Origin: an uncultured archaeon
GTDB lineage: Archaea > Asgardarchaeota > Lokiarchaeia > Sigyniarchaeales > SOKP01
Length of the DNA stretch: 64,000 nucleotides
Assembly (NCBI GenBank): GCA_964447495.1
Contig: CAYUTF010000002.1
Location: 1-64,000 of the forward strand
Direction of reading: 5' to 3'
Positions 10,549-21,254 of the stretch are shown here, one piece after another. The stretch's first letter is position 1; each line of letters starts with the position of its first letter. The notes under the pieces are model-generated. The model did no database searches. It was not told the origin of the DNA and saw nothing but the letters and a program-made list of their open reading frames with translations. The translations under genes were made by a program, and so were the position numbers.

Positions 10549-12798
10549 TTGAATAAGTCTAACATATTAGATAGAGAACTTAATATTTATGAATTTGAAA
10601 AACTAATCCTTGAGTTAGAGAGTGTTTTAAAGAAAGAATCTTTTATTCAACAAGATTGCTATGAGGAGTGGAAACAGAAATTTACTCCAATCTATGGAAA
10701 TAAGAATGTAAATATTCGTCTCTATACCATTCTTGCTCAAATTTTTTATATTGCTCATCTATTTATCTTCCATTTGCTATTAAAAGAGCATGTGAAAAAA
10801 AAAGATACACAATCAAATCTAAGCCTATTGAAAGCTATTCAAGAAGATATTTTAAATGAATTTTCTACGGATATTTCTTTCCTAAATGGCTATTTTTTGC
10901 CATTATTTGAATTTATAGACCAAAAAAATAGTGCCATTCTAAATAAACTTACAGATTATACGTTGAATTACTTATTGGAAGAGAAATTTAAACCAGAATT
11001 TCTATTCGATTATTTAATTCAACATAGTCTTAAGCCTCTTTTAAGACATGCCTCAGGAGAATTTTACACTCCTCCATTTTTGGTCAAGAAGATGGTTAAA
11101 GAGTCATATGATTTCGGAGAAAGAGTACTTGACCCTAGTTGTGGAACAGGAAATTTTATAATTGAACTGATTAAATCCATTCTTTCTACAACAAAATCGG
11201 AAGAAGAAAAAACAAGAGCTTTGAGTAATATCTATGGCTTTGATATTAATCCCATTTCAATTTTAATTACGATGGTAAATGTAATCTATTTAATTGGGGA
11301 TAGAATGTCTGAATTTAAATCTCATTTCGTCATAACGGATAGTTTATTTCACGAGATTAATTTAGAAAAAGAAAAATTTGATTTAATTATTGGAAATCCT
11401 CCTTGGTACACATTTAGGGATATAAATTCAATAACATATCAAAATAAAATCAAAATTTTAGCAGAAGCTTTAGAGATCAAGCCATTACCTAAAAATGTGC
11501 TAAATATAGAAATTTCCACTCTCTTTTTTTATAAAGCCAACGTTTCATTTATGAAACAAAACGCAAAAATCTTTTTTGTGATCACTAAAGGAGTAATAAG
11601 TGGGTCACACACTTCACGATTTCGTCATTTTAAAGGATTTAAAGATGTGAAAATATGGTTTTTCAATAAAAAAATAGAACATATCTTTAATATCGATTTT
11701 ATTTGTTTATATGCACACAAGAATAATTCTCTTGCGGTCAATCCTGATTACCACATTCCCTCAGTTTATTTTGGATTAAAAATCTTATTAGATAAGTTCG
11801 AATATTTTGATGATATCGAATTAAGAACTGTAAAGAAGGAAATATTAATCCCATATTCAATAGTTAATAAAAATAAAAAAACGTATGTAAATAAGTTAAT
11901 TTCCTTACAAAATTATAAAAAGCTTATCCGAATTGAATCGAGTGAATATAAAAGCTTATTTCATAAGGGAGCAGATTTAAATCCTCGAAATTTAATTTTT
12001 ATTACCTTTAAACCCAAAAATGAATCTTTAGCAGTTATAAATCCTGATGAAAGGGTATTTAAAAGAGCAAAAGTCCCCTGGAATAAAAAAATCTTCCAGA
12101 ATTCAGTTATTGAAAAAGAGTATATCTTTAAAGTAGTGAAAAGTACAGAATTAGTAAAATTTCATATATACGATTTTTATTATGTCTTTTTACCAATATC
12201 AAAAGAAAATCATGATTTTAGCTATTCTAATTTGAAAAACAATGCTAGAACATTTTACGAAAAGATTGATGAATATTATATAAAGAATAAAAAAATTACG
12301 ACTAAACATAAATCATTCATGGAAAATCTTGATAGATGGTCGAAATTAATTAATGATCGTCAATTTTCTAAAATTAAAGTCGTTTATAATAATTCTGGAT
12401 CTAATCTTAGTTCAGCAGTGATACAAGGAGACTATTTAATTACGGGAGATTTATCTTTTTATGCTACAGAAAATTTGACTGAAGCTTTTTATTTATCAGC
12501 TATCCTAAATTCGAATCTTATTAATGAGCAGATTAAGATTAAAAAGAGCTCAAGGCATATCTTCAAAATTCCATTTGAGAATCCAATTCAAAAATTTGAT
12601 AAAGCTAATGAATTTCATCAAAAGTTAGCTCAATTAGGAAGAGATGGAGAAAAAGTAGCTATAAATCTCATTACAAGTTTATTAAGCAAAAATAAAATAA
12701 GGATATCGCGAAATAAGGTACAGAAATTATTAATTCAAGAATTAAAACCTATTTTAATTCAAATTGATGAATACTTAAAACCTCAATTTTTAACATGA
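10549..12798 (+). CDS. N6-adenine DNA methyltransferase (gamma class) with C-terminal target-recognition region
   Basis: GEFYTP, VLDPSCGTGNF, GFDINP, IIGNPPW motifs; YLSAILNS in the C-terminal TRD-like part. Confidence 0.88.
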   Translation: MNKSNILDRELNIYEFEKLILELESVLKKESFIQQDCYEEWKQKFTPIYGNKNVNIRLYTILAQIFYIAHLFIFHLLLKEHVKKKDTQSNLSLLKAIQEDILNEFSTDISFLNGYFLPLFEFIDQKNSAILNKLTDYTLNYLLEEKFKPEFLFDYLIQHSLKPLLRHASGEFYTPPFLVKKMVKESYDFGERVLDPSCGTGNFIIELIKSILSTTKSEEEKTRALSNIYGFDINPISILITMVNVIYLIGDRMSEFKSHFVITDSLFHEINLEKEKFDLIIGNPPWYTFRDINSITYQNKIKILAEALEIKPLPKNVLNIEISTLFFYKANVSFMKQNAKIFFVITKGVISGSHTSRFRHFKGFKDVKIWFFNKKIEHIFNIDFICLYAHKNNSLAVNPDYHIPSVYFGLKILLDKFEYFDDIELRTVKKEILIPYSIVNKNKKTYVNKLISLQNYKKLIRIESSEYKSLFHKGADLNPRNLIFITFKPKNESLAVINPDERVFKRAKVPWNKKIFQNSVIEKEYIFKVVKSTELVKFHIYDFYYVFLPISKENHDFSYSNLKNNARTFYEKIDEYYIKNKKITTKHKSFMENLDRWSKLINDRQFSKIKVVYNNSGSNLSSAVIQGDYLITGDLSFYATENLTEAFYLSAILNSNLINEQIKIKKSSRHIFKIPFENPIQKFDKANEFHQKLAQLGRDGEKVAINLITSLLSKNKIRISRNKVQKLLIQELKPILIQIDEYLKPQFLT

Positions 12799-12862
12799 AA
12801 ATAATTTGGATAAATTATATTAAATTATATTAGTTGTTGTTATTATTACTTATTTAACAACA

Positions 12863-13423
12863 TTGAATGAAATTTCTGATAGAGTTAAAAAAAGTTTTAT
12901 GCGGAACTTCGTTTTTAAGATACTGGTAGCTGGAGATGGCGGTGTGGGAAAAACGACACTCCTCCGAAGATATGTTAATGGAATTTTTGATGATTCCACA
13001 ATTCAAACCGTTGGAGTTGACTTTTTTCTTAAAGAGATGCATTTTGAAGATTTAAATGCAAGTTGCACGCTTCAACTCTGGGATCTTGGCGGTCAAGAAC
13101 GTTTCCGTCATATTCTTGAAAATTTTGTTATGGGAGCGAGGGGCGCCTTATTACTATTTGACTTAACGAATATGCCCAAAATCGAAAGTATCTTAAACTG
13201 GGTTAACATCGTTCGATCCCATGATTTTAACCTCCCTATTTTATTTGTTGGGACTAAATTAGATCTAGATGATGCTATCGCTATGGATGATGATACCGCT
13301 TTAGATATCAAAAATACGTTTAATATGATAGATTTCTTAAAAACATCGGCAAAATCAGGACATAATGTAGAGATGGCATTTGAGACTATTTCTAAATACA
13401 TAATTAAGAATTTCAAATATTAG
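12863..13423 (+). CDS. Rab-like small GTPase
   Basis: GDGGVGKTT, TVGVDF, WDLGGQERF, TKLD, SAK (G1-G5); no C-terminal prenylation cysteines. Confidence 0.93.
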   Translation: MNEISDRVKKSFMRNFVFKILVAGDGGVGKTTLLRRYVNGIFDDSTIQTVGVDFFLKEMHFEDLNASCTLQLWDLGGQERFRHILENFVMGARGALLLFDLTNMPKIESILNWVNIVRSHDFNLPILFVGTKLDLDDAIAMDDDTALDIKNTFNMIDFLKTSAKSGHNVEMAFETISKYIIKNFKY

Positions 13424-13468
13424 ATTTTTATAGCAATTAATTTTTTAAATTAGAACTAATTTCATTAG

Positions 13469-14284
13469 ATGAATTTGATGGAAGATGAACTCGTTTTTCT
13501 TGGCTCTGGTGGAGGAAGGCACCATATAAGAACTCAATATAGAGCAACTGGGGGTATATTATATAAATTTAATGGAATTCAAGCACATATCGACCCGGGA
13601 CCAGGAGCAATTGTGCGAATTAACCAATATCATGAAGAACCTCTTAAAACGGAACTTTTTATTGCAACCCACGCCCATGTAGATCATTACAACGATTTAA
13701 GTACGATGATAGAAAGTTCAAGAGATAATTTACATGATGGGAAATATGATTATTTCAAAAAAGGAACATTAATCACTACTCGCGATGTCTTAAAGTATAT
13801 CTCAGACTATCATCTTAATATGCTTGAAGAAGTTATACCATTTAAAGCAGGGGATCGATTCTTATATAAAAATGTTGAGATTTTTGGAACCAAAGTGATT
13901 CATTCACCTAAAGTGGAGGGTTTTGGTATAAAGTTCACCTTAAAAGACTATTCTATCGCATTTACAAGTGATACGATGGTTTTCGATGGTTTCTCAGAAC
14001 AATTCTCGGGTGTGAATATTCTAGTGTTAAATCTATTGCGACCAGATTCAGTAACTTGTAAACGACATTTATGTACTGATGAAGTAATCCCCTTTCTAAA
14101 CAAGATCAATCCAAGATTAGATGCATTACTAATAACCCATTTTGGCGCTTATATGGACAGCCCAAAATCAAAAAAGAACTTCATACCAAGTCAAGTTCAA
14201 AAGCTGAAAGAAAATACTACTATTAAAGCCGTTATTCCCGCTGAAGATGGCTTAAAAGTTAAAATTGCGACTATTTTAAATTAG
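13469..14284 (+). CDS. Metallo-beta-lactamase fold hydrolase (PhnP/RNase Z-like)
   Basis: FLGSGGG, IDPGPG, THAHVDH, TSDT, ITHFG. Confidence 0.88.
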   Translation: MNLMEDELVFLGSGGGRHHIRTQYRATGGILYKFNGIQAHIDPGPGAIVRINQYHEEPLKTELFIATHAHVDHYNDLSTMIESSRDNLHDGKYDYFKKGTLITTRDVLKYISDYHLNMLEEVIPFKAGDRFLYKNVEIFGTKVIHSPKVEGFGIKFTLKDYSIAFTSDTMVFDGFSEQFSGVNILVLNLLRPDSVTCKRHLCTDEVIPFLNKINPRLDALLITHFGAYMDSPKSKKNFIPSQVQKLKENTTIKAVIPAEDGLKVKIATILN

Positions 14285-14466
14285 AGATTACGCTATTAAT
14301 ATTTTTTTAAAAAAAAAATTTTTGAAAAATTGGTCAATAAAACTAGTATCAAAGAAATAACTGCTGCTGAAGATGCTTTAAAAATTGATTTAAAAAATAT
14401 TATCTCTAATATTTAATAATAAAAAAAAAATTAATTTTGATTTTTTATTTTATATTTTCTGCTATT

Positions 14467-16719
14467 TTAACGGTAAGGTCGGTAAGGACAATAGTAATTA
14501 GTCCCACGGGCAGTAAAAGCATAAGTAGTTCCAAAGGTGTGTTCATAGCCTGGTTGATTAGCAGCTACCATTACAAGAGTGGTTGTAACACTTGGATTAT
14601 TTGAATGATAATAAAATGTATTCGTCATCATGAAATTTGCACTACCTGTTTCGGTATCTGTATCAAGTGTCATTGAACTGATAGAATCATAACTCGCATA
14701 TACATCACCATTTCGCATATATACAGTCTGAGTATTGATGAAACTCACTGCAAAATTATTGTAAATAATCTCATCGTTTAAGTACCATCCATAATTAACA
14801 GTCCAATCACCTTCAGTTTCACAATCATCATAGAAACCAATTTCAGGTATTTCAATATCATCAATATACCATCCTGAACCAAGAGTATACGGATCAGTCC
14901 AATAAGTAAAGGACAATTCTATTGCGTGTCCTGCAAAAGGTGTGAGATCCATTGCTTCCGTGTATAATCCACCACTATCGCCCGTAAAGCAGTTCCAATT
15001 TCCTGATTCATTATAAGTGGTTGGTTCTCTCTCAAGAGGAGTATTTAGATTATCTTGTGCGTAACCTAGATAATCTGTCGTATATACACCTTCTAAAGTG
15101 GTCCATAAACCAGTATCATAATCATAAACTTCTACATAGCCATAATCCCAATCTAATTCAATCGAAAAGTAATTTGAGAAATAAAGCGACGCTCCTGTTT
15201 CAGGTATGGTAAAGCCTTGACTCAAAGTGAACCATGACCATGCTTCTCCATCAGAATGCCAATTATGCGTGCCGCTAGTTGGTGCAGCACCACATGTATC
15301 AGCACCATCGAATTCTATTTTAAAAATGAACGGTGCAGCATTAAATTCGACATAGCTCGCAGTGTAAGGTAATCCTCGACCCAATAAAATATATTCACCA
15401 TAATGTGGATATTCATCCACAAACCAATTGAAATAGCCAGTACCCGGGTACCAACTATCCCACATCTCCATTACAAGAGGGATGCTGAGCCCTTCTGAAT
15501 TTTCAGAAGGAATGTCTAATCCATAGTACCCATATCTTCCCAAGCCAAATGATGTATCATCAAGATAATTAGCAATACACCAGTCTTGAAAAATTTGATC
15601 AAAAGTTCTGCTTACTCCACGAGCAGCAAGTGCATTACTCCAACCTTCTATACCATTTCCTTGGTCATGACAGACTTCCCATATTAAATCTGCGCCTCCA
15701 TAATGTTCATACATGTAGTATGTCCATAGGAACGATGCACCATAATCAGCTAGATAGCCTTCCCAGATAGTCAAGGGAGTATCCCAGAACCATAATAAAT
15801 ACTCTGAGATATGTCCTGGAGAAAAACCGTACCCACATATCCATTCAGCTAATGTTGCCATACCTTCATCAACCCAGGAAAGTTCATCTGGATCAACATC
15901 GTTATGTATAAGATGTTGAAATTCATGAGCAAAAGTACCTTCATATTCCCATGCATGAACACTTAAAAAGCTATAATCATATCCAGTAAGGGGATCGATC
16001 ATGGGTGGACTTCCTCCTTGTCTTCTCCACCATTGATATGAATCCATATGGAATGCATTGGTGTTAAAAACTCTTGCAATTTCAGACCAGAAATAACCTT
16101 CAATAAACCCTGGAGCAGTATCAGGAGAATAGAAAAATTCATCACGAGCATTAAATACCATAATCTGGGTCTTATAATCACCATAGGGGCCTGGTCGATC
16201 AGCATATTGACCAAAAGTTTGCACATCAGTATCATGGATGTTAGTATCGAACTCGGATAACACTTCTAATAAGTCTTGTCCAGTTATAGTATCTCTATAA
16301 CCCGCAGGTAAATAATCTTCTATACCCGTAGGGGTCCAAGGATACCCAAAAGCCCAAATATCCTCGGGACTGTACCCTTCAGGACCAAGATCAAAATATT
16401 CGTCATATTCTGTCATACCTATCCAAATATTTCCATGAGTTCCATTAAAGATATTTTCGAAATCCAGCCAATACAAAACACCATAATAGTCATCAATAAG
16501 AGGGTATGACCATGGACTATGTGGAGGTTCAAATTCTACACCTTCAAGTGATAAAACATCAGCATACCTGCAATTATCGATTGCTTCAATATCAAATCCG
16601 TTATATTCTACATTCTCTTCACTCTGAATATTTCCTCTTACAAAGTAAAGTATCGATACACTAGCAACACTTAGAAAAGCGAGGACTATTAAAAAACCAT
16701 AAATCTGTTTTCTTCTCAT
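14467..16719 (-). CDS. Membrane-anchored or secreted zinc metalloprotease (immune inhibitor A / M6-M30-like)
   Basis: N-terminal hydrophobic segment; AHEFQHLIH and WVDEGMA zinc motif; IELDWDYGYVEV and GWYIDDIEI C-terminal module. Confidence 0.85.
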   Translation of the reverse strand: MRRKQIYGFLIVLAFLSVASVSILYFVRGNIQSEENVEYNGFDIEAIDNCRYADVLSLEGVEFEPPHSPWSYPLIDDYYGVLYWLDFENIFNGTHGNIWIGMTEYDEYFDLGPEGYSPEDIWAFGYPWTPTGIEDYLPAGYRDTITGQDLLEVLSEFDTNIHDTDVQTFGQYADRPGPYGDYKTQIMVFNARDEFFYSPDTAPGFIEGYFWSEIARVFNTNAFHMDSYQWWRRQGGSPPMIDPLTGYDYSFLSVHAWEYEGTFAHEFQHLIHNDVDPDELSWVDEGMATLAEWICGYGFSPGHISEYLLWFWDTPLTIWEGYLADYGASFLWTYYMYEHYGGADLIWEVCHDQGNGIEGWSNALAARGVSRTFDQIFQDWCIANYLDDTSFGLGRYGYYGLDIPSENSEGLSIPLVMEMWDSWYPGTGYFNWFVDEYPHYGEYILLGRGLPYTASYVEFNAAPFIFKIEFDGADTCGAAPTSGTHNWHSDGEAWSWFTLSQGFTIPETGASLYFSNYFSIELDWDYGYVEVYDYDTGLWTTLEGVYTTDYLGYAQDNLNTPLEREPTTYNESGNWNCFTGDSGGLYTEAMDLTPFAGHAIELSFTYWTDPYTLGSGWYIDDIEIPEIGFYDDCETEGDWTVNYGWYLNDEIIYNNFAVSFINTQTVYMRNGDVYASYDSISSMTLDTDTETGSANFMMTNTFYYHSNNPSVTTTLVMVAANQPGYEHTFGTTYAFTARGTNYYCPYRPYR

Positions 16720-17475
16720 TTTTTTCCATTTCCATATTTCTTTTTTTTTTTTTTTAAATTATAAAAGCTAAATGATAGTCAAAGTTGCTTGTATACAATT
16801 TTGGCTATAAGACTTCTAGTAAAAATTAAGCTAAATCTATATATATATATTACTTTTTTCACGCTAATAAAACGATATATATATGAGTATGAATTATAAG
16901 TTAATTTGTTAAATTCTTTTTTTTATTGTACAATTTGGAGAATAAAATACACACAAATCTTTTATATGGTTAAAATTCATGGTAATAAAGTTCAATAACA
17001 AATTAATCACCCTATTAAAATAAATCTTTCGAATTTTTTATAATAGAGGGAGGATAGTCCTTATTCCATTCAAATAAGTAGAATTATTTACTTTTCAATA
17101 AAAAAAAACTAATATTTGTGTGCCAAATTTTAGGGTTTTTAGTTGGTTTCTTGCAAAAATAAAAAATTAAAATTTGGCTTATTAATGAGTCTAAATCATA
17201 TAATAGAAAATTTCTTGATCAAGGGCTACTATATTTTATAATACATGTGTTTTTATAGATAAAATCACATAATAATTTGGGAAGGGAAACTTTATACGAT
17301 ACTTTGAGCTACATTGGATTTCGCCCTCTATTAAACTCGAAGAGTTTAATTCTCTCCCTGATTTTGTAATTTTGCTCAAATATATCGTTCCCTTCACATT
17401 CCTTTCATTAAATTAGGGAATGAAAAGTGATTTGCAATTTGATAAAACTCATTTTATGAGAGTAAAATAGTAAAA

Positions 17476-18384
17476 TTAGTGATTTATAACGACTTGAAAG
17501 GATTTAGATTCAAATACACAAGCTATTTCTTGTAGCTTTTCTTCAGTAAGGTCTCCCATATCTTGATATAAGTGTCCTTTTCCTATTTTCTCGTATTTCG
17601 TCTTTGCCAATTTATTGTATGGCATTAAGTGAACTGGACCAGAATAGTTAGCATTTAAAAGGAAATCCCCTATATCTTTAATAACACTAATGGCCGTATT
17701 AACTCCTGGAATCAATGGTATCCGGGGAATGATACGTTCACTTCCAACTTTAAGAAGTATTTCCTTAAAATTATGCAATATCTTATCATTACTAACATTA
17801 GTGAATTCTTTATGTAAGTCAGGATCCATATGTTTTATGTCAAATAAAAAAAGGTCAACCGTATTAACTAATTTTTTAATTAATTCCTCTTTAAAGAATC
17901 CACAAGTTTCTATTGCTGTATGTATTTGTTCTTTTTTCAATTTTTCTAACAATTCAAAAAGAAATATTGATTGCATAGTTGGTTCTCCACCGGATATTGT
18001 AACTCCTCCGCCAGAAGTATCATAAAAGGGTTTATCTCTTTTCACTAGTTCGACTAATTCCTCTACTGAATATTCTTTACCGATGATTTCTATAACTTCA
18101 TTTGGACAAACACGCACACAAGATCCACATACAGTGCAAAGTTCAAAATCTCTCTTTATTTTACCATCTATAAGCTGTATGGCATGATTTGGACATACTT
18201 TAACACATGTCCCACAACCAGTGCATTTTTCTTGAAAATAAGATATTTGAGGCTTTAAAAGTTGAGATTCGGGATTGTGACACCATAAACATTTAAGGGG
18301 GCACCCTTTCAAAAAAATGGTCGTTCTTATCCCTGGACCATCATATATCGCATAATTTTGGATATCAAATATGATACCATTCAT
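17476..18384 (-). CDS. Glycyl-radical enzyme activating protein (radical SAM with ferredoxin insert)
   Basis: DGPGIRTTIFLKGCPLKCLWCHNPES, two CxxCxxCxxxCP motifs, GVTISGGEP, IETCG. Confidence 0.93.
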   Translation of the reverse strand: MNGIIFDIQNYAIYDGPGIRTTIFLKGCPLKCLWCHNPESQLLKPQISYFQEKCTGCGTCVKVCPNHAIQLIDGKIKRDFELCTVCGSCVRVCPNEVIEIIGKEYSVEELVELVKRDKPFYDTSGGGVTISGGEPTMQSIFLFELLEKLKKEQIHTAIETCGFFKEELIKKLVNTVDLFLFDIKHMDPDLHKEFTNVSNDKILHNFKEILLKVGSERIIPRIPLIPGVNTAISVIKDIGDFLLNANYSGPVHLMPYNKLAKTKYEKIGKGHLYQDMGDLTEEKLQEIACVFESKSFQVVINH

Positions 18385-18748
18385 GGTTTTTTAAACTCGT
18401 ATATGTTCAGTTCTCGAGACTATAGTATATTCTGAGTTAATTTGCTCATTAGTAACATTTTTTATTTTTAGTTTAGTTTTGCTCAAGCTTAATTAATCTC
18501 TTTGGTGAAAGAATTATTACTCTATGATTTAATATTATTACTAAAATAAAAGCATTTGATTTTTAAAAAATAATGATATTCATCCCTAATTATTTATCAT
18601 CAGCATGTTTCTGATGATTAGATAATAATTCTAAATACGCATTCTCTTCTTCTTCATGGAGTTTTATAATTGTTTTCTTCTTTTCCACTTAACCTTTTTC
18701 ATATTTAAGTTTTTTATTATTAACTCAAAATAGAATAAACTAAGAGGT

Positions 18749-18904
18749 TTAATCTAAATCAACCCAATATTTACACACAACACATTGTAAGATTTTTTCC
18801 AACTTATTGCTATTTGGATTAGAATCTCTTTTAATAACCCTTGTAATCATTACGTTGCCACATTTCTTACATATATGCAGCCCTTTTCCTTTTACTTTCT
18901 GCAT
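18749..18904 (-). CDS. Small zinc-ribbon protein (51 aa)
   Basis: Manual translation MQKVKGKGLHICKKCGNVM...LQCVVCKYWVDLD; two CxxC pairs; GGGAG upstream. Below the ORF-track cutoff. Confidence 0.7.
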   Translation of the reverse strand: MQKVKGKGLHICKKCGNVMITRVIKRDSNPNSNKLEKILQCVVCKYWVDLD

Positions 18905-19059
18905 AATCTCCCGTTATTTCTTATGTATTGCTAATAGTACTCTTATACCTTATTAAAAGAACTAAATCATTAATGCTTAACATCAAGTATGTAAATGTAA
19001 TAAAATAGAGATTAATAAATTTATTTTAAACGATATTTTGTCTTATCGAGGATTGAAAT

Positions 19060-20943
19060 TTAATCAGAAATTATCCAAATAGGACTTGACCAAGCCATAT
19101 TATTGTTTTTGAGAAATATTCTGATATAATAAAAAACAAATTTTTCATTAGTATCTATATGAGAAAGAGCAACTTCACCAAAATTCTCGTTATCTTGGTA
19201 TGAAATTTCTATTTTTTCTGAATTTATTATTTTTTCCTTAAACACACTATTGTTTCTTATTAGTTCAATTTTTTGAAGATCAACCGGACTTATTACTTTA
19301 AATTTAATAATCCTTTCATTTACCAGTTTGAGATTATCTTTTAAATTAATAATATCTCCCATAAAGTAATCATCTATAGAAAATTCTATAACAGCTCTCG
19401 GTCCAGTTGTTCCGTAGCAATGTCGATTTGTTAATGAATTCCATAAGGATTCTCTGGTCAACTCTTCTGCCCAGACTGCCATTATGCCTGAGGGATAAAT
19501 TCCATTATCAGGATCTAATGCCCCAGAAGGATAAATTCCAAAATGATCGTCTCCTCCCGCAGTGAATCCTAATTTATGCCCTCTCAGTAGGGCATCTTGA
19601 ACAAAGCTTCCTTTCTTTTCCAAGACAGGCCCTCGCTTTTTAGCATACTTTCCATACCCAAAAAATTTATATCTAGGGGGTAATGGATTTCCTGCTCTAT
19701 AGGAATACTCTTGATTCCCCCAGGTGGAATATATTTCAGTTAACTTTTCTAATGTGTTGTCAAAATGACTCCAATCTCTGTATCCTGGTCTTAGCGCAGT
19801 ATGATGTCCAATCATTAATACTTTAGGCTTATAAGATTGTAAATTCTTGATTAATTTTTTCGTTGAATTATATTTATTTGTGTCAGATCTCAAAATAGGA
19901 ATAGAATCATCTCTGTGGTAAATACATATATCTCCATATCCAGGAGTGTACCAATAACCCCATTCGTACCCAAAAAAGGTAACAAAATGTCCCACTTGTA
20001 GAAATTCATCTACTATGTGCCTAATTTCGTTAAAATCCTCATCCTTAGTCTCCCAGATATGATCATGCTCAGTCGATGTTCCAAAATCTAATCCCGCATT
20101 CAATAAATTTGTGTAATAATCCTTAGGGTCTCTCACTCCATCACTTTTATTAGTATGCCCGTGGATATAACCCCAATATAATCGTTTGTGTGTGGAATCA
20201 GTTCTACACATAATAGGGTTTGACCTAAATCTTGATGCGTTGTGCTCGATTTCTAAATATTTGATTCCAGGGGTTTCAAATTTATGATTATTAATTTTAA
20301 GTATTCCTTCATTATCTTTATCAAATTCATAAATTCCTATTGATCGTGGTTTTTTTTGATCTTCAAGTTCAAAAACTTCAATCTTACCTAAAAAGTCTTT
20401 TACTAAATTATAAAATTTATCTTCCACTCTTACGAGAACATCAATGTTCTCTTTTATATTTACTGTAGAGGGACAAATCACAGTAAAATGATCTTTCTCT
20501 TGGTGTAGAATATTGATGGTTGCATTTTGATGAAATATCGCTGGGTTATTATTAGGAGTCTCGATTATTATCTCAATATTTTTATTATCTTCTACAATTG
20601 ATTGAACTAGGGTTTCATAAATATCAAAAGCAAATATCTGATTAGCATCAATCCCCCTCTCACCTATAATTAAATACTTTATTAATAGGTCTTTCCCTGT
20701 GATTAAAATCGGAAGAACAGGGGTATAGTTAGCTAAATTTGTTTTTATAAACCCATTAAGGTTTGGATCATATGGCTGTAAATAATACCAGTCATTTTTA
20801 TTATTTCTACCACCTCGAATTCTTAAAGTCAATGATGAGTTGCGTGGTAAACGTTGATTTAAACTAAATGAAATGAAAATGTTTGTAAGGTTTCTAACTT
20901 TTTCCATTTGAGGCTCTACTAATACATCTTGTAGCTGAAGCAA
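19060..20943 (-). CDS. PHP-type metallohydrolase (DUF3604 / CehA-McbA-like)
   Basis: YWGYIHGHTNKSDG, TEHDH, GYEW, GFTAGGDDH, YGTTG, AWSSPIW. Confidence 0.82.
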   Translation of the reverse strand: MLQLQDVLVEPQMEKVRNLTNIFISFSLNQRLPRNSSLTLRIRGGRNNKNDWYYLQPYDPNLNGFIKTNLANYTPVLPILITGKDLLIKYLIIGERGIDANQIFAFDIYETLVQSIVEDNKNIEIIIETPNNNPAIFHQNATINILHQEKDHFTVICPSTVNIKENIDVLVRVEDKFYNLVKDFLGKIEVFELEDQKKPRSIGIYEFDKDNEGILKINNHKFETPGIKYLEIEHNASRFRSNPIMCRTDSTHKRLYWGYIHGHTNKSDGVRDPKDYYTNLLNAGLDFGTSTEHDHIWETKDEDFNEIRHIVDEFLQVGHFVTFFGYEWGYWYTPGYGDICIYHRDDSIPILRSDTNKYNSTKKLIKNLQSYKPKVLMIGHHTALRPGYRDWSHFDNTLEKLTEIYSTWGNQEYSYRAGNPLPPRYKFFGYGKYAKKRGPVLEKKGSFVQDALLRGHKLGFTAGGDDHFGIYPSGALDPDNGIYPSGIMAVWAEELTRESLWNSLTNRHCYGTTGPRAVIEFSIDDYFMGDIINLKDNLKLVNERIIKFKVISPVDLQKIELIRNNSVFKEKIINSEKIEISYQDNENFGEVALSHIDTNEKFVFYYIRIFLKNNNMAWSSPIWIISD

Positions 20944-21079
20944 TAAGGTTTCACTGATAGTTATGAGATATATCTACAAATCAGAGTTAATTTAAGTAAT
21001 TTATTAATAATAGACACAATCTTTTTAAAGAAAATTTGTGCTTTATTCAATATCCTATTAAAAATGAGGTGGAATAACA

Positions 21080-21238
21080 ATGAGTTGTCACGAATTAAAG
21101 AAAGGAGATAAATTGGTCTGTGAAGAGTGTGGACTCGAACTAAAAGTTACAAAAGCGTGCGATTGTGGTGATGAAGAGACTGGAGCCTGTTCAGAGGGAG
21201 GGTTTAGCTGCTGTGGTGGACCCATGAAAGTAAAATAG
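21080..21238 (+). CDS. Small Cys-rich metal-binding protein, desulforedoxin-like (52 aa)
   Basis: MSCHELKKGDKLVCEECGLELKVTKACDCGDEETGACSEGGFSCCGGPMKVK; 8 Cys; SD GAGGTGG upstream. Not in the ORF track. Confidence 0.82.
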   Translation: MSCHELKKGDKLVCEECGLELKVTKACDCGDEETGACSEGGFSCCGGPMKVK

Positions 21239-21254
21239 TTAAATAAAATTTAAT

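Noticed and set aside
16720-17475. Long intergenic region with a poly-T tract and a hairpin ATTAAACTC-GAA-GAGTTTAAT (17330-17350)
   Set aside because: No repeats, tRNA fold or convincing ORF; the hairpin is short and AT-rich.
18590-18690. Possible 32-codon GTG-start ORF on the minus strand
   Set aside because: Too short, no motif, and cannot be supported.
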